The translations under genes and the position numbers were made by a program. Below the pieces are notes generated by a model. It saw only the letters and a list, made by a program, of their open reading frames with translations. It did no database searches and had not been told where the DNA came from. DNA of 64,000 bases from the human T2T-CHM13v2.0 reference genome, Homo sapiens. The stretch lies in assembly GCF_009914755.1 (NCBI RefSeq), contig NC_060930.1; one strand, written 5' to 3'. Shown piece after piece: positions 1 through 17,321 of the stretch. Each line of letters begins with the position of its first letter. Positions within the stretch are counted from its first letter, which is position 1.

Positions 1-426
1 ATGGAGGTCACCTTCAGCTACTGGGACGGCTCGGGCCACCGGCGCACGGTGCGGGTGCGCAAGGGCAACACGGTGCAGCAGTTCCTGAAGAAGGCGCTGC
101 AGGGGCTGCGCAAGGACTTCCTGGAGCTGCGCTCCGCCGGCGTGGAGCAGCTCATGTTCATCAAGGAGGACCTCATCCTGCCGCACTACCACACCTTCTA
201 CGACTTCATCATCGCCAGGGCGAGGGGCAAGAGCGGGCCGCTCTTCAGCTTCGATGTGCACGATGACGTGCGCCTGCTCAGCGACGCCACCATGGAGAAG
301 GACGAGTCGCACGCGGGCAAGGTGGTGCTGCGCAGCTGGTACGAGAAGAACAAGCACATCTTCCCCGCCAGCCGCTGGGAGGCCTATGACCCCGAGAAGA
401 AGTGGGACAAGTACACCATCCGCTAA
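1..426 (+). CDS. FAM50B: Protein FAM50B (XAP5-like), C-terminal 141 aa; the CDS begins upstream of the window
   Basis: Translation ..[77 protein letters not shown] is the XAP5 C-terminal domain. It is uninterrupted by introns and has very high GC3, which fits the autosomal retrogene rather than multi-exon X-linked FAM50A. Confidence 0.96.
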   Translation: MEVTFSYWDGSGHRRTVRVRKGNTVQQFLKKALQGLRKDFLELRSAGVEQLMFIKEDLILPHYHTFYDFIIARARGKSGPLFSFDVHDDVRLLSDATMEKDESHAGKVVLRSWYEKNKHIFPASRWEAYDPEKKWDKYTIR

Positions 427-530
427 CACCCGCCTGCCAGAGCGGAAACCGGGGGTGGGGGGAGACACTCATTTCTAGGCCCCATCACCAGTCACTTGAT
501 TTCGTGACCTTGATTTCTTCCCCCAAATTT

Positions 531-536
531 AATAAA
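531..536 (+). terminator. Proximal polyadenylation signal AATAAA of FAM50B
   Basis: AATAAA about 105 nt after the stop, followed by a GU/U-rich tract (~560-615). Confidence 0.55.
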
Positions 537-724
537 GACAGAGGGTTCTCATGATTCACATTGGTTGTGCTATTGCTGATGTTATGCTTTGGTTGCTTGG
601 TTGGTCTTTTCTGAGTATTTTAGTGTTGCCACCTGGATTTGCTGCATTGCTCTGCTGAGCTGTATTGAAACCATGACTGGGCCCACTGTCAGACAGAAAT
701 TAGAATAGGAGGCACATTTTTTAC

Positions 725-955
725 CTGGTGGTTATGAGCATGGACTTGGGGGCCACAGTGACTGAGTTTGATTCCCGACACAGCCTCCTCCTTGCTGTGT
801 AGTTTTGGGTAAGCTTATTAAACCCCCATGCCTCAGTTTGGTCACCTGTAAAAGGAAATAACAAGAGCACTTACTTTATAAGATTGATGTGAGTATTAAG
901 TGAATTAATATTTGTAAAACGCTTAGCTCTTAATAAATGTTTCTGTTCTTATTAT
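725..955 (+). mobile_element. MIR SINE in the FAM50B 3' UTR
   Basis: MIR core 'gcctcagtttggtcacctgtaaaagg' and MIR 3' end 'taataaatgtt'. Confidence 0.75.
932..937 (+). terminator. Distal polyadenylation signal AATAAA (MIR-derived)
   Basis: AATAAA at the MIR 3' end with downstream U/GU-rich 'ttatggttttggttaatttattt'. Confidence 0.6.
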
Positions 956-1284
956 TATGGTTTTGGTTAATTTATTTAAAGGACTGCAATGACCTAGTTC
1001 AGAACCATTTGAGGGCAAAGGTGGACCTGCCCATCACTGGTCCCAGGATCAGCAGTTGCCAGCAGGAGGGGGCTAGCAAAGGTTGGGGAGCAGCCCCCCT
1101 CTAGTGGGCTTTAGCTGGGTTGTTTAGCCCAGAAGTTAGGAGGACAGTGAGCTAATGCAAGTAGCCTGCAGGGTCAGTATCATTGATTTTCCTTTTGCTC
1201 CAATATGACTCCACAGGGCACAGTTACAGATCCTGTCTTCATTGAAAATGTTTGTATTTTATTCATTGTGGATTATTTCTGTTA

Positions 1285-1735
<451 letters not shown>

Positions 1736-2169
1736 TGGTTACTGAGTATTTGGGGATCTCCTCCTCCTTAACCTTAATGCCCAAGTTGGGTGCCTCACTC
1801 ACCTTACCCCAGTCCCAGCCCTGAGTATAGGAGGGACATTTCTTAGAGTTCTTGCCTCAGCCCATAAGCAAGAACCTCCACCGAAACATTAGCCTTCTAG
1901 GACAGTGGGTCCCAATGGCTGTCCCTTAGGGTCATCAGGGAAGCTTTTAAACTTCCCAATTCAAAGGTCACACCCAGAGCCAGACCTCAGGGTCGGAAGT
2001 GGACATCAGTGTTTTGAAGCTCCCCAGCTATTTGGTTGGAGAACAAATGCTCTATGGCTGCCTTTTCCACCTCTTATGAACTCCTCCCCCTGAGTTTCGG
2101 TGCAAGTAGGGTCAGGGCCCAGGACAGGCTCTTGGCTCTGAACACTTCCTTAGGGTGTGAAGCAGATTC

Positions 2170-2335
2170 TTCCTACCTGAAGTGAGACCCTTGGACCAGC
2201 AGCATCGGCACTTGGGAGCTTGTTAGAAACGCAGATAGAAAAGCAGAATCTCAGGCCCCACCCCAGACCTACTGAATCAATGTGTATTCCACTAAGATCC
2301 CCAGGTGAGCCACAGGAACACGAAGGTTTCTGGAA
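2170..2335. mobile_element. MER5A-like hAT DNA transposon
   Basis: 'ggaccagcagcatc..gggagcttgttagaaa..gcagaatctcaggccccaccccagacctactgaatca..aagatccccaggtga'. Confidence 0.7.
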
Positions 2336-2471
2336 ACTGGCTGGCTGGATGTCTGCTATTTAGTCTGCCCTTCCAACATAGCAGATCAAGACCTAAACTT
2401 GAGGGTGCTGATAGTAGAACCCCACATCTTTGGTTGGTCTAAGCCATATTCTCCAATCTAGTTTTCATTTA

Positions 2472-3235
<764 letters not shown>

Positions 3236-4603
3236 TATGGGAAAAAATGGAGAGCAGAAATCAGGGGATAAATACAGTTTGTGATGTAGTCTATCCCTTT
3301 CGCTACAAAAATATCCAAGTGTATCCTTTCCTCACACATAGCACATTCAGTCCTAAAGCAAAGAAGACCACCACAAGGGCCCAGTAGTTATATCTGGGGT
3401 GATGTACAGGCCTCTCCTTCAAGTCTGAATGTGGCTCTTTGTCATCTAGCTACTTATAAACTAAAGAATAAGCAATCCGTCCTCTCACATACCTGATATG
3501 CAATGGTGAAACAAATACAAACATTAGGAAAAGGGAATGCAAAGCACCAACAAGAGCCACTGCTCTGGCCACTATCAAATTCTACTGGGAGGTATTGCAA
3601 AGACTCTGTCTGCCTTGGAGGTATCATCCCTTGGTTGCCCTGGGTCCACTGTCTGGGATGAACTCCCCAGTTCATTGTCCCGCATACCCTCTGGCTTTAC
3701 CCTCCTGGTCCTCCATGACCACATCCAAGCCCCATTTGACAGAGCTACAGATCTTTTGCTGCCTGCTTCCTGCTGATGCAGATTTGGGAACCAGAGATTG
3801 CTTTCATAGGTTTTTCAGTCTAGGCTAATGGGTGTTTTTGATAATTCAATCCTCTCAAAAACTTAGATGGATTTCTAGTCAGTTCCATGTGCAATGAATT
3901 AATCCCAGCCAAAGTTATTTTCCAGACATGATGTTAAGTATGAAATTCTCGTTTTTACTTGCTGGCTTCTGAACTCTCTCCACCCCACTCCCTAAATTTA
4001 ATGAGGGATACCTTAAAACAATATGGCACCCAGCATCAATCTTATCTCCTGCTGAGGCTGTAGCTTTGAAGCCACTAATGGTAACTTCAGTTGGGCGTAA
4101 TGAAACATTTGGTTTTTTATGTCATGCAGGGCTCCAGACTTGGACTGAAGTCTGTAGGTGAGGACCCCTTACTGGGCAAGGCTGCCTCTCCCAGCACTGC
4201 TGGCAGACAGGTTAGCTCATGCCTGCATGCATGTCACTCAGGTCTCTGCTGAAAGCAAGGAGAAATAACCAACACACAACAACCTTCTGAAATTTTTCTA
4301 AGAATTCCCTATCATTGCAGCCATGGTGGGTACCTGGCCTGCCTTGCATGCACAGCAAGAGACAGGGTGACCAAATGTGCCTGGGACAAGCCAGCAGCCT
4401 CTGTCACAGATGGACCCCAGGGGGTGAAGGGGTCAAGTGCAGCCTCAGACTCCCAGGTGTGCCAGATTACTTGACGTGCCATATTTCACCAGTCATCAGC
4501 GCAACCCCCTGAGATTGTTGGCACCATTTGTCTGATGAAGAAATTGAATCTCAGTGGGCCTAAGTCACTGAAACGGGGTCACACAATGTTAGGAGTGGGA
4601 ATT

Positions 4604-5600
4604 TGTTGTATAAAAATAACTATATTTGGTCTTTGTCCCAGGTTCCTGGTACAGAGCTCCTAAACCCCTTGGAATTTTCCTGAGTGATAGGAGTATCTTT
4701 GATATTCATAACAAACCCCTTCCAATGACATCTGTGTTTACTCTAATGAGGTGACCTCGGGTGGGGCCCCTAGTTAGCTTCAGAATGGGGATGCTCACCA
4801 GAAGAACAGTGACTAGAGGATTGGAACTTTCAGCCCCACCCACCCACCTCCAAGACAGTTACCTTTGGGGAACTGGAGGAGGGAGTGGGAGTCTGGAGGT
4901 TACACTCTGCAAAAACTCTTTTTTTTTTTTTTTGAGACAGTGTCTCACTCTGTCGCCCAGGTTGGAGTGCAGTGGCGCGATGGGGGCTCACTACAAGCTC
5001 CATCTCCCGGGTTCATGCCATTCTCCTGCCTCAGCCTCCTGAGTAGCTGGGACTATGGGAGCCCGCCACCACGCCCAGCTAATTTTTTGTATTTTTAGTA
5101 GACACAGGGTTTCACCGTGTGAGCCAGGATGGTCTCGATCTCCTGACCTCGTGATCCACCCGCCTCGGCCTCCCAAAGTGCTAGGATTACAGGTGTGAGC
5201 CACTGCGCCCAGCACACTCTTCAAAAACTCTTGAACAAGATATGATGAGCTTCTGCGTAGCGAATGCATCTTTGTGCAGGGAGGGTGGTGTACCTTAACT
5301 CCACAAAGGATCAAAGCTTCTACACTCAGGACCCTTCTGGACCTTGCCCTATGCACCTCTTCATCTATATCCTTTGTAATATTCATTAAAATAAACCAGG
5401 AAATGTAAGTTGTTTCCCTGAGTTCTGAGAGCTGCTCTAGAAAGTAGGGTCATGGAAACTCCCAATTTATAGCCAGTTGATCAGAAGTACAGGAGGCTCA
5501 GACACAATTGGTGTATGAAGCAGGTGCAGTCTTGCGAGACCGGGCCCTTAATTTGTGGGATTGAAGCCATCCTCATGGAGTTAACAGGAATTTTTTTTTT
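4604..5600 (+). mobile_element. MER21-family LTR interrupted by an Alu
   Basis: 'tatatttggtctttgtcccaggttcctggtacagagctcctaaaccccttggaatt..cctgagtgataggag'; similar to 16540-17321 and 38523-39345. Confidence 0.7.
4921..5213 (-). mobile_element. AluY/Sc-like
   Basis: Antisense Alu; TSD ACACTCT(G/T)CAAAAACTCTT at 4902-4920 and 5214-5232. Confidence 0.95.
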
Positions 5601-7149
5601 GGAGGACCTCCACACTACCCTAATGGCTGCAGGGGTCATGGAGCCCCCAGGAGGATTTTCAGCAAGGAGGAGGTCAGTTATCGACAGGGGGCCCCAACGC
5701 CAGCACCAGGCAACATTGAGCAGGGAATAGTGCTGGTGAGGCATATCACTGGGCAAAAGGGTACTTTTGGTACAGATTTGAAAAGCTATTTCTACCTTGA
5801 GTAGTTTCCAAATAAAATGGAAAAACCTGGACAAATAATGCCTGGCACCATTAGCATCTGGTGTGAGCTGACAGCTGAATGAACCAGAGAGTCCCAGGAT
5901 GTCAGAGCACAAGAGGCCCTGAGAGCCATCCCCAGAGTTCCCAAATGCTGCTCTGTAGCATTTTCAAAGGTCTCTAGAGAAATGAGAACAAGAAGAATGA
6001 TGAGATAAGTTTTTATAAAACTAAGGGTTTTTTTCCCATTTAAGGTTATAAAATTTATGTTGTGTTTTCTCATTTTTATGTATTTTTATTTGGTACTAAA
6101 GTTTTCTTATAATGAAATTATAGTTATTTTAGATGCTAAGCGTTTTTTCTTTAATAATTTTATTTGGCCATAGTAAAAAATGATCACCCCTGGAAGTTCC
6201 TGTTATCACTGGCATCTCAACATCTGGAAATCCCTGAATGAGTCCAGCTTTTTAATTTAACAGAATAGAAGTGAGGCCCCTGGCAGGGAAGTGTCTTGCC
6301 CAAGGTCACAAAGCTGGTTAGCAAATAAGGGCATTGGACCTGAGAACTTGATGCCCACGCTCCCTCCTGCCCTCCTCCTCTTCTCAGGGCACTGCACTGG
6401 AACACTGGGTGTTCCTCACGTGATTGGGTGAGATTTTTGATGACCCATGAAATGCATGAGGAGAATAAAAGTCTCGTGTTGACATCAGCGACCAAGGGAG
6501 CCCATCACCTGCAGTCCTGAGGCCGCACCTGTTAAGGGGTCCTACGCTGGTCTCCTAATGCCTGCATTCACTATTGGGTACTGCTGTGTTCCCTCCCTTT
6601 GCCAACTAGAAAGTCTTTGTTTTCAGCTGCTTTTGCTTTTGCGGGATGGACAAGACAATCCTTATGCAATGAAGGCAAAATAACGTTGGCTTGAAGACTG
6701 CCCACTCTGAACATCTTCCTATATTGTTATTGTGGAAAAACCCCACATAGAGATGAGCTCTCAGGAACATCACAAAATCTCCCATGTTCTCAAAAAACCA
6801 CAATTAATTAAGCTACTTCAGAAAATACTGATAGACTGACAGACCCCTAACTAGCCTGACACAAGCAGGTGCCACTATATTGATCTGGGGGGCTTGGGGA
6901 TCAGGATCTTATTTGTATTTTTCCTGATTCCTCAGAATGAGAGACAGGGGTTTTATGTTCTTAGCTGGAGGATTGCAGCAGGGAAAAGCATTTCCTACAG
7001 ACTCATGTATTTTTGCCAAGTAAATGTCATAGTAAATAATATTACAAAGAAAAAGAAAAATTAGATTTTTCTCATACCTAACTCATGCTGGAAATTTATT
7101 TTTCTAGAATTTATTGCCTTCAAACCAATAAGTGAGACTTTTTGAGAAA

Positions 7150-7286
7150 CAATATGTGTATATGTATATGAACATGATTATATATGTATGTGTGTACGTA
7201 TATGAATGTGTATATGAATATGAATGTGCATATGAATATATATAAATATGTGCATGTATATATGTATGTATACACACACACACACA
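7150..7286. repeat. (TATG)/(TA)/(CA) simple repeat
   Basis: Directly visible. Confidence 0.85.
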
Positions 7287-7484
7287 TTTCAATCTCCAGG
7301 AGAAACTTGAACGGCTCCAGGGATCACCATGGAGATCACCAGGGATCTCCAGGAGAAACTTCACAGGCTTCGAGGATCACCATAGAACTGAATGTATTTA
7401 GTTAGGGCAGTGTTACAAAGTGGTTATGACTGATGAGCTGGAGAGACTGAAGTCACTAAGAAAGCAGCAGGATTTAACCCCACT

Positions 7485-7855
7485 TGTGGGAACCAGCCTC
7501 CAAGAGGGCCCGCGGTGATTCTTTGTTGGTTTCGTGCCCTCTGTAATCACTAGGACTTGGATGGGATGACAGCGTGTAACATATGATACAAGGTCATGAA
7601 AGGCATTGTACCTTCCATGTGCCACCTTGCCCTCTTCGATCACGCATTCTGGAGCAAGCCAGCTTCCCTGTCATGAGAACACTCAGGCAGTCTCATGGAA
7701 AGGGCCACCTGGCAAGGAACAAGGAACAAAGGCTACGTGCTACCAGCCAAACAAAACTGGGCACCGGTCCTGGAATCAGATCCTCCAGCCCCATCAAGCT
7801 TTCAGATGACTGCAGCCCCAGCCGGCAACTCAACTCGTCTCATGAGCGATCCCAT
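7485..7855 (+). mobile_element. MLT1E/F-like MaLR LTR
   Basis: 'cagcctccaaga', 'gccagcttccctgtcatgag' and 'tcagatgactgcagccccagcc'. Confidence 0.6.
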
Positions 7856-7869
7856 CTGTATATAATTAA

Positions 7870-9399
7870 TATATAGGTATTAACTGAGACATATTTCACA
7901 TGCCAGAGAACACATCCAAAGTACATAGTTCAATGGTTGTTAGTATATTCACAAAGTTGTGCAGACATTACCACGATCTAATTTTGGAACATTTTTATCA
8001 CTACAAAAACAAACCCTCTACCCATCACCAGATATTCCCCATTCTCACTCTCCTCCCCACCTCTAGGAAACCAGTAATTATTTTGTTTCTGTAGATTTGC
8101 TTATTCTCACCATTTCACATTAATGGAATCATTTACTATGTGGCCTTTTATTTCTGGTTTCTGTCACTTAACATGACATTTTCATGTTTACCCATATGGT
8201 AGCATGTATCAGGGTTTCATTCCCTTTCATGGCCAGATAACATTCTAGTAGATACAACACATTTTGTTTATCTGTCGTTCACTAGTTATAGGACATTTGG
8301 GTTGCTTCCAATTTTTGGCTTTTATGAATAATGCCACTAATGAAGATTTGTGTACAAGTTTTTGTACACAAATATTTCATTTCTCTTGGGTATATCCCTA
8401 GGAGTGGAATTGCTGGGTCATATGGTAACTCTATGTGTAACCTTTTGAGGAATTGCAAGTATGTTTTCCAAAGCAGCTGCTCTATTTTACATTTCTAGTA
8501 GTATCGTTTGAGGGTTTCAAATTCTCGGCGTCCTCACCAGTAGTGTATGAGGCTTTCAAATTCTCTGCTTCCTGAATTCTACTAATTCACCAACACAAAT
8601 TATTATTATCCATCTTTTTTATTATAGCCATCCTTGTGGGTGTGAAGTGGTATCTTGTTGTGGTTTTGATTTGCATTTTCCTGATGGTTACTGATGGTGA
8701 GCATCTTTCAATATGCTTATTGACCATTTGTATATCTTCTTTGGAGAAATTTTTATTTATATCCTTTGTCCACTTTTTAATGAGATTACTTGTGCTTTTA
8801 TTATTGACTCATAAAATTTCTTTATATATTATAGATACAAGTGCCATATCAAATATATGATTCACAAATATTCTCACATTCTATGTGTTGTCTTTTTCTT
8901 CATGGCATTCTATGAGCACAGAAGTTTTTAATTTTAATGTAATCCTATATATATATTTTTTTTTCTTTTGTCACTTGTGCATTTGGTATCATATCTAAGA
9001 AACTATTGCCTAGCTCCAGGTCATGGAGAATATACTCCTATTTTCCTTTAAGAGTTTTATAGTTTTACCTTTTACATTTATGTCTTTGATCCATTTTGAG
9101 TGAATTTTTGTATATGGTGGGAGGTAATTGTCTGATCTCATTCCTCTGCATGTGGATATCTAGTTGTTCCAGCACCATTTGTTGAAACGACTTTTCTTTC
9201 CCCATTGGATGGTCTTGGCATCCTTATCAATAATTTGGGTTTATTTCACATAGGTTTATTTCTAGACTCTCATTTCTATTCCATTGATCTATATTGCTAT
9301 CCTTATGCCACAACTACACTGTCTTGATTACTGGTGTTTTATACTAAGCTTTGAAATAAAGAAGTGTGTGTCCTACAACTTTGTTCTTCTTTTTCAAAG
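7870..9399 (-). mobile_element. L1MB-type LINE-1 3' UTR and end of ORF2
   Basis: 'ggagtggaattgctgggtcatatggtaactctatg', 'gtggttttgatttgcattttcctgatg' and 'ccagcaccatttgttgaa'. Confidence 0.85.
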
Positions 9400-12110
<2,711 letters not shown>

Positions 12111-12411
12111 TATGTTTTTAAGTCGGAAAAAAAGTCTGCGAGGAAAAGCAATACATATAATGTGCCACTATTTGCAAAAGAGGACAGAGGGAGAATGATA
12201 CATATATTCACTCATATTGTGCTTAGAATATCTCTGAAAGGATATATAAGATTCTGGAAGCCACTGTCTGGTTCTGGGGAGTAGGATAGGATGGCTAGGA
12301 GACAGGCATGAGAAAGAGACTTCCCCCCAGTATATCCAGCTGTACCTTTTGAATTGTGAATCATGCAAATGTGTTACCCATTAAAATATAAAACTATAAT
12401 TAAAATTTTGA

Positions 12412-12726
12412 GGCCGGGCGCAGTGGCTCACGCCTGTAATCCCAGCACTTTGGGAGGCCGAGTCAGGCGAATCACGAGGTCAGGAGATCAAGACCATCCT
12501 GGCTAACATGGTGAAACCCCATCTCTAATAAACAAACAAACAAAAAAACAAAAAATTAGCCTGGCGTGGTGGAACGCGCCTATAGTCTCAGCTACTCAGG
12601 AGACTGAGGCAGAAGAATCCGTTGAACCCCGGAGGCGGAGGTTGCAGTGAGCCGAGATTGTGCCACTGCACTCCAGCCTGGGCAACAGTGTGAGACTCTG
12701 TCTTAAAAATAAATAAATGAAAAAAA
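12412..12726 (+). mobile_element. AluSc-like
   Basis: Full dimer with an (AAAC)n-expanded linker. Confidence 0.93.
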
Positions 12727-12785
12727 TTTGAACTGATATTTTTAAAACCACAAAAAGTATCCTGAGTAACGAGAGCTTGATTTTC

Positions 12786-14054
<1,269 letters not shown>

Positions 14055-14869
14055 TCAAGGAGGAGATTGAGGACTTCAAGAGATATTGGCAGATTATTTT
14101 TAATATTTTTTTATTATTTTTAAGTGAGCAAACAGAAGAGTAATTAATAAAATGGAATCAGACCATTATAATACTCAGACCATTAATAGAATAAAATGGA
14201 ATCATTAAATAAAGAGACCTTCCCAATTATCAGATCAGGGCTAACCTCTCCACAGTTTGTCCTTGAGGGAGAAGACCTTAAGCCAGGTAAAGCTATAAGC
14301 TTTATAATAAGTTCCAGTCAATCTCCATGGCTTAGATGATGAATACCTGATTGAATTTTAGAATAAACATTTGACCCATGACAGGGTTGAAGTTTTGATC
14401 CATTTCCTCTGAGAAAGCTCTCTGACCCATGTGAGTTTGCCCACATGCCCCCCAGCAAACTTCAAAGTCAACATACTGAGAAACACGGGTAAAGTGATCC
14501 CTGTCAAGCTCCACCCTGCCAAGAAAAATGCCCCAGTACACTATTTCTCTAAAATAATGAGTGTTGACACGATTTGCCCTATGTATTATTTTTTTAGGGT
14601 CACTTTTAGACAATATAGTAGAGTATACCACCATTAATCAATTTCCTATTTGGGGACATGAGAATACCTTCTAATTTTAGCCTATTAAGAAGGAAATTGA
14701 AATGTCCACCTGATAGTCAAGTCTTTAGAAATATCTATCACTATGTATTTAGAATAAATTTTTGGAGCAGAGTTGCTCAGAACAAAAGATATAGAGATAT
14801 TAGGGATTTTTAATAAACATTAACCAGTTACCTTCTGCAGCATATTAAATTCTCCAAAGACAATCACAA

Positions 14870-15415
14870 TACATCTCTCATCCTACACATGCTTCTGCAA
14901 TGCAATGTGGACTTGTTCCTCCCCTGTCAAAACATGCTCTTCTCCACCTGCTTTGGTAGGTCTTGTGACTGCTTTCAGCAATGCAATATGGTGGAAGCAA
15001 TGCTGTGCCCACGGATGTAGCTTTTAATTGGTCTGTCAGCTTCCGCTTCCCACCCCTTGGAAAATGTGCCTTAAAAAGACACACTGTCTTAAAACTAGCC
15101 ACTTTGCAGGAAAAAGGCAAGTTACATGCAGAGGCTATGTGTAGATGTCTCACTTGAGCCCAACCTGAGCTCCAAGCCCACAGCCACTGCCAACTGCCAG
15201 GTATAGCCACGTATGTGACCCATCTGGGATGTGCGAGCCCAGGTGAGCCACCAGATGACTCCAGTCCCAGCCAACAACATGCATAGCAGAAGAACCACCC
15301 AGCTAAGCCCAACAGACCCACAGAATCATAAGAAGGAATACAATGGTTGTTGAATATTGTTTTAGGCCACTGAGTTTGGGGTTCGTTTGTTACATAGCAA
15401 TCAATAACTCAACAC
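14870..15415 (+). mobile_element. MLT1G/H-like MaLR LTR
   Basis: 'gcagaagaaccacccagctaagccc..cccacagaatcat..ttaggccactgagtttgggg..ttgttacatagcaat'. Confidence 0.65.
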
Positions 15416-15556
15416 TCTCCAAAAACACTGCTCCAATTTATATTCTCATCAGCAGTGTATAAAAATGTTTCTTTCCCCAAATCCATGCCCACTCTTGGTA
15501 TGTTTTTTTCATCTTTGCAATGTGACAGGTGAACACTGCTTCTTAACATTGGTTCG

Positions 15557-15940
<384 letters not shown>

Positions 15941-15952
15941 TCAGTATCATGA

Positions 15953-16274
<322 letters not shown>

Positions 16275-16539
16275 ATGTTGTTAATTTCTAAATAAATGAC
16301 ACAGATAATATGCTCCTTGTCTGTGCCAGGAAGGAGCAGATTTAGTGGCAGGTTAAGAGCAGGGAAAAGCGGCACATAGATGGACGCTCAGCTTCTCACT
16401 TGCAGGAGGAGCAGAGTAAACTCGCTTACCAGCACAGATAAAATGGAGGGAAAGATGCTGACTGGGCCACAGCCATTGCCAGCCTACGTGTAGAAGAGAG
16501 AGAGAAAGTCATGGCGGACCACAGTTCTTCCTTCTTGGC

Positions 16540-17321
16540 CCTGTGTTGTCTCTTTTCCGACTCCACTTCTGAGACCAAATGTGTGGGCTTTTCCATAGCA
16601 TGATTGATGCTTCAGCGCCAGCGGGGCAGCTGCATTTCCTTTGCTTCTGGAACCAACTTCCGGGAGTTAGCAGAGACCCCACAGGGTGAGGGCCCCATTA
16701 GACAGCTCCCGCCTCACACTACCACTGCAAATGAGTGGCCTGGGCTCAGATGCTCCTTTCCGGTGAATACAGATCTGGGTGTTCCCATGACCTGCCCCTT
16801 CAGCCTTGATAATTCACTCACAGAACTCAAGAAAACGCTTTACTTGCATTTACCAGTTTGTTGTAAAGGGTGCAAGGAGGAACCGCTAAATAAAAGAGAC
16901 GCACAAGGCGAGTGATGAGGGGGGCTGGCATGGAGCTTCCTGACCCTCGCTGGGTGCACCACCCTCCCAGCACCTCTGTGTTCACCACCCCAGAAGCAAA
17001 CCCCATTGTTCAGGGGTTTGGGGAGGTCTCATTATATGGGTACAATTGATTAAATCCTTGGCTGTTGGTGATTAAAAATCTCCAGCTCCTCTCTGTTCCT
17101 TGAAGGTCGGGATTGGAGCTGAAAATTCCACCTTTCTAATCACATGGTTGTTTCCTCTGGCAACTAACCCCCAATAGGAGTCACCGCCATAGCATAAACT
17201 CAGGTGTGATGAAAGAGGCTCATTATAAATAACTAAAAACACTCCCATCACTCAGGAAATTCCAAGCTCTGTGCCAGGAACTGGGGAAAAATACCAAATA
17301 TATATCCCTTCTTATACCACA
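16540..17321 (-). mobile_element. MER21-family LTR
   Basis: Ends 'ctcccatcactcaggaaattccaagctctgtgccaggaactgggg..accaaatatata..ataccaca', the reverse complement of the MER21 start seen at 4604. Confidence 0.7.

Noticed and set aside
254-478. Alternative-frame and antisense ORFs overlapping FAM50B
   Set aside because: Expected by-product of a GC-rich CDS with few off-frame stops; no recognisable protein.
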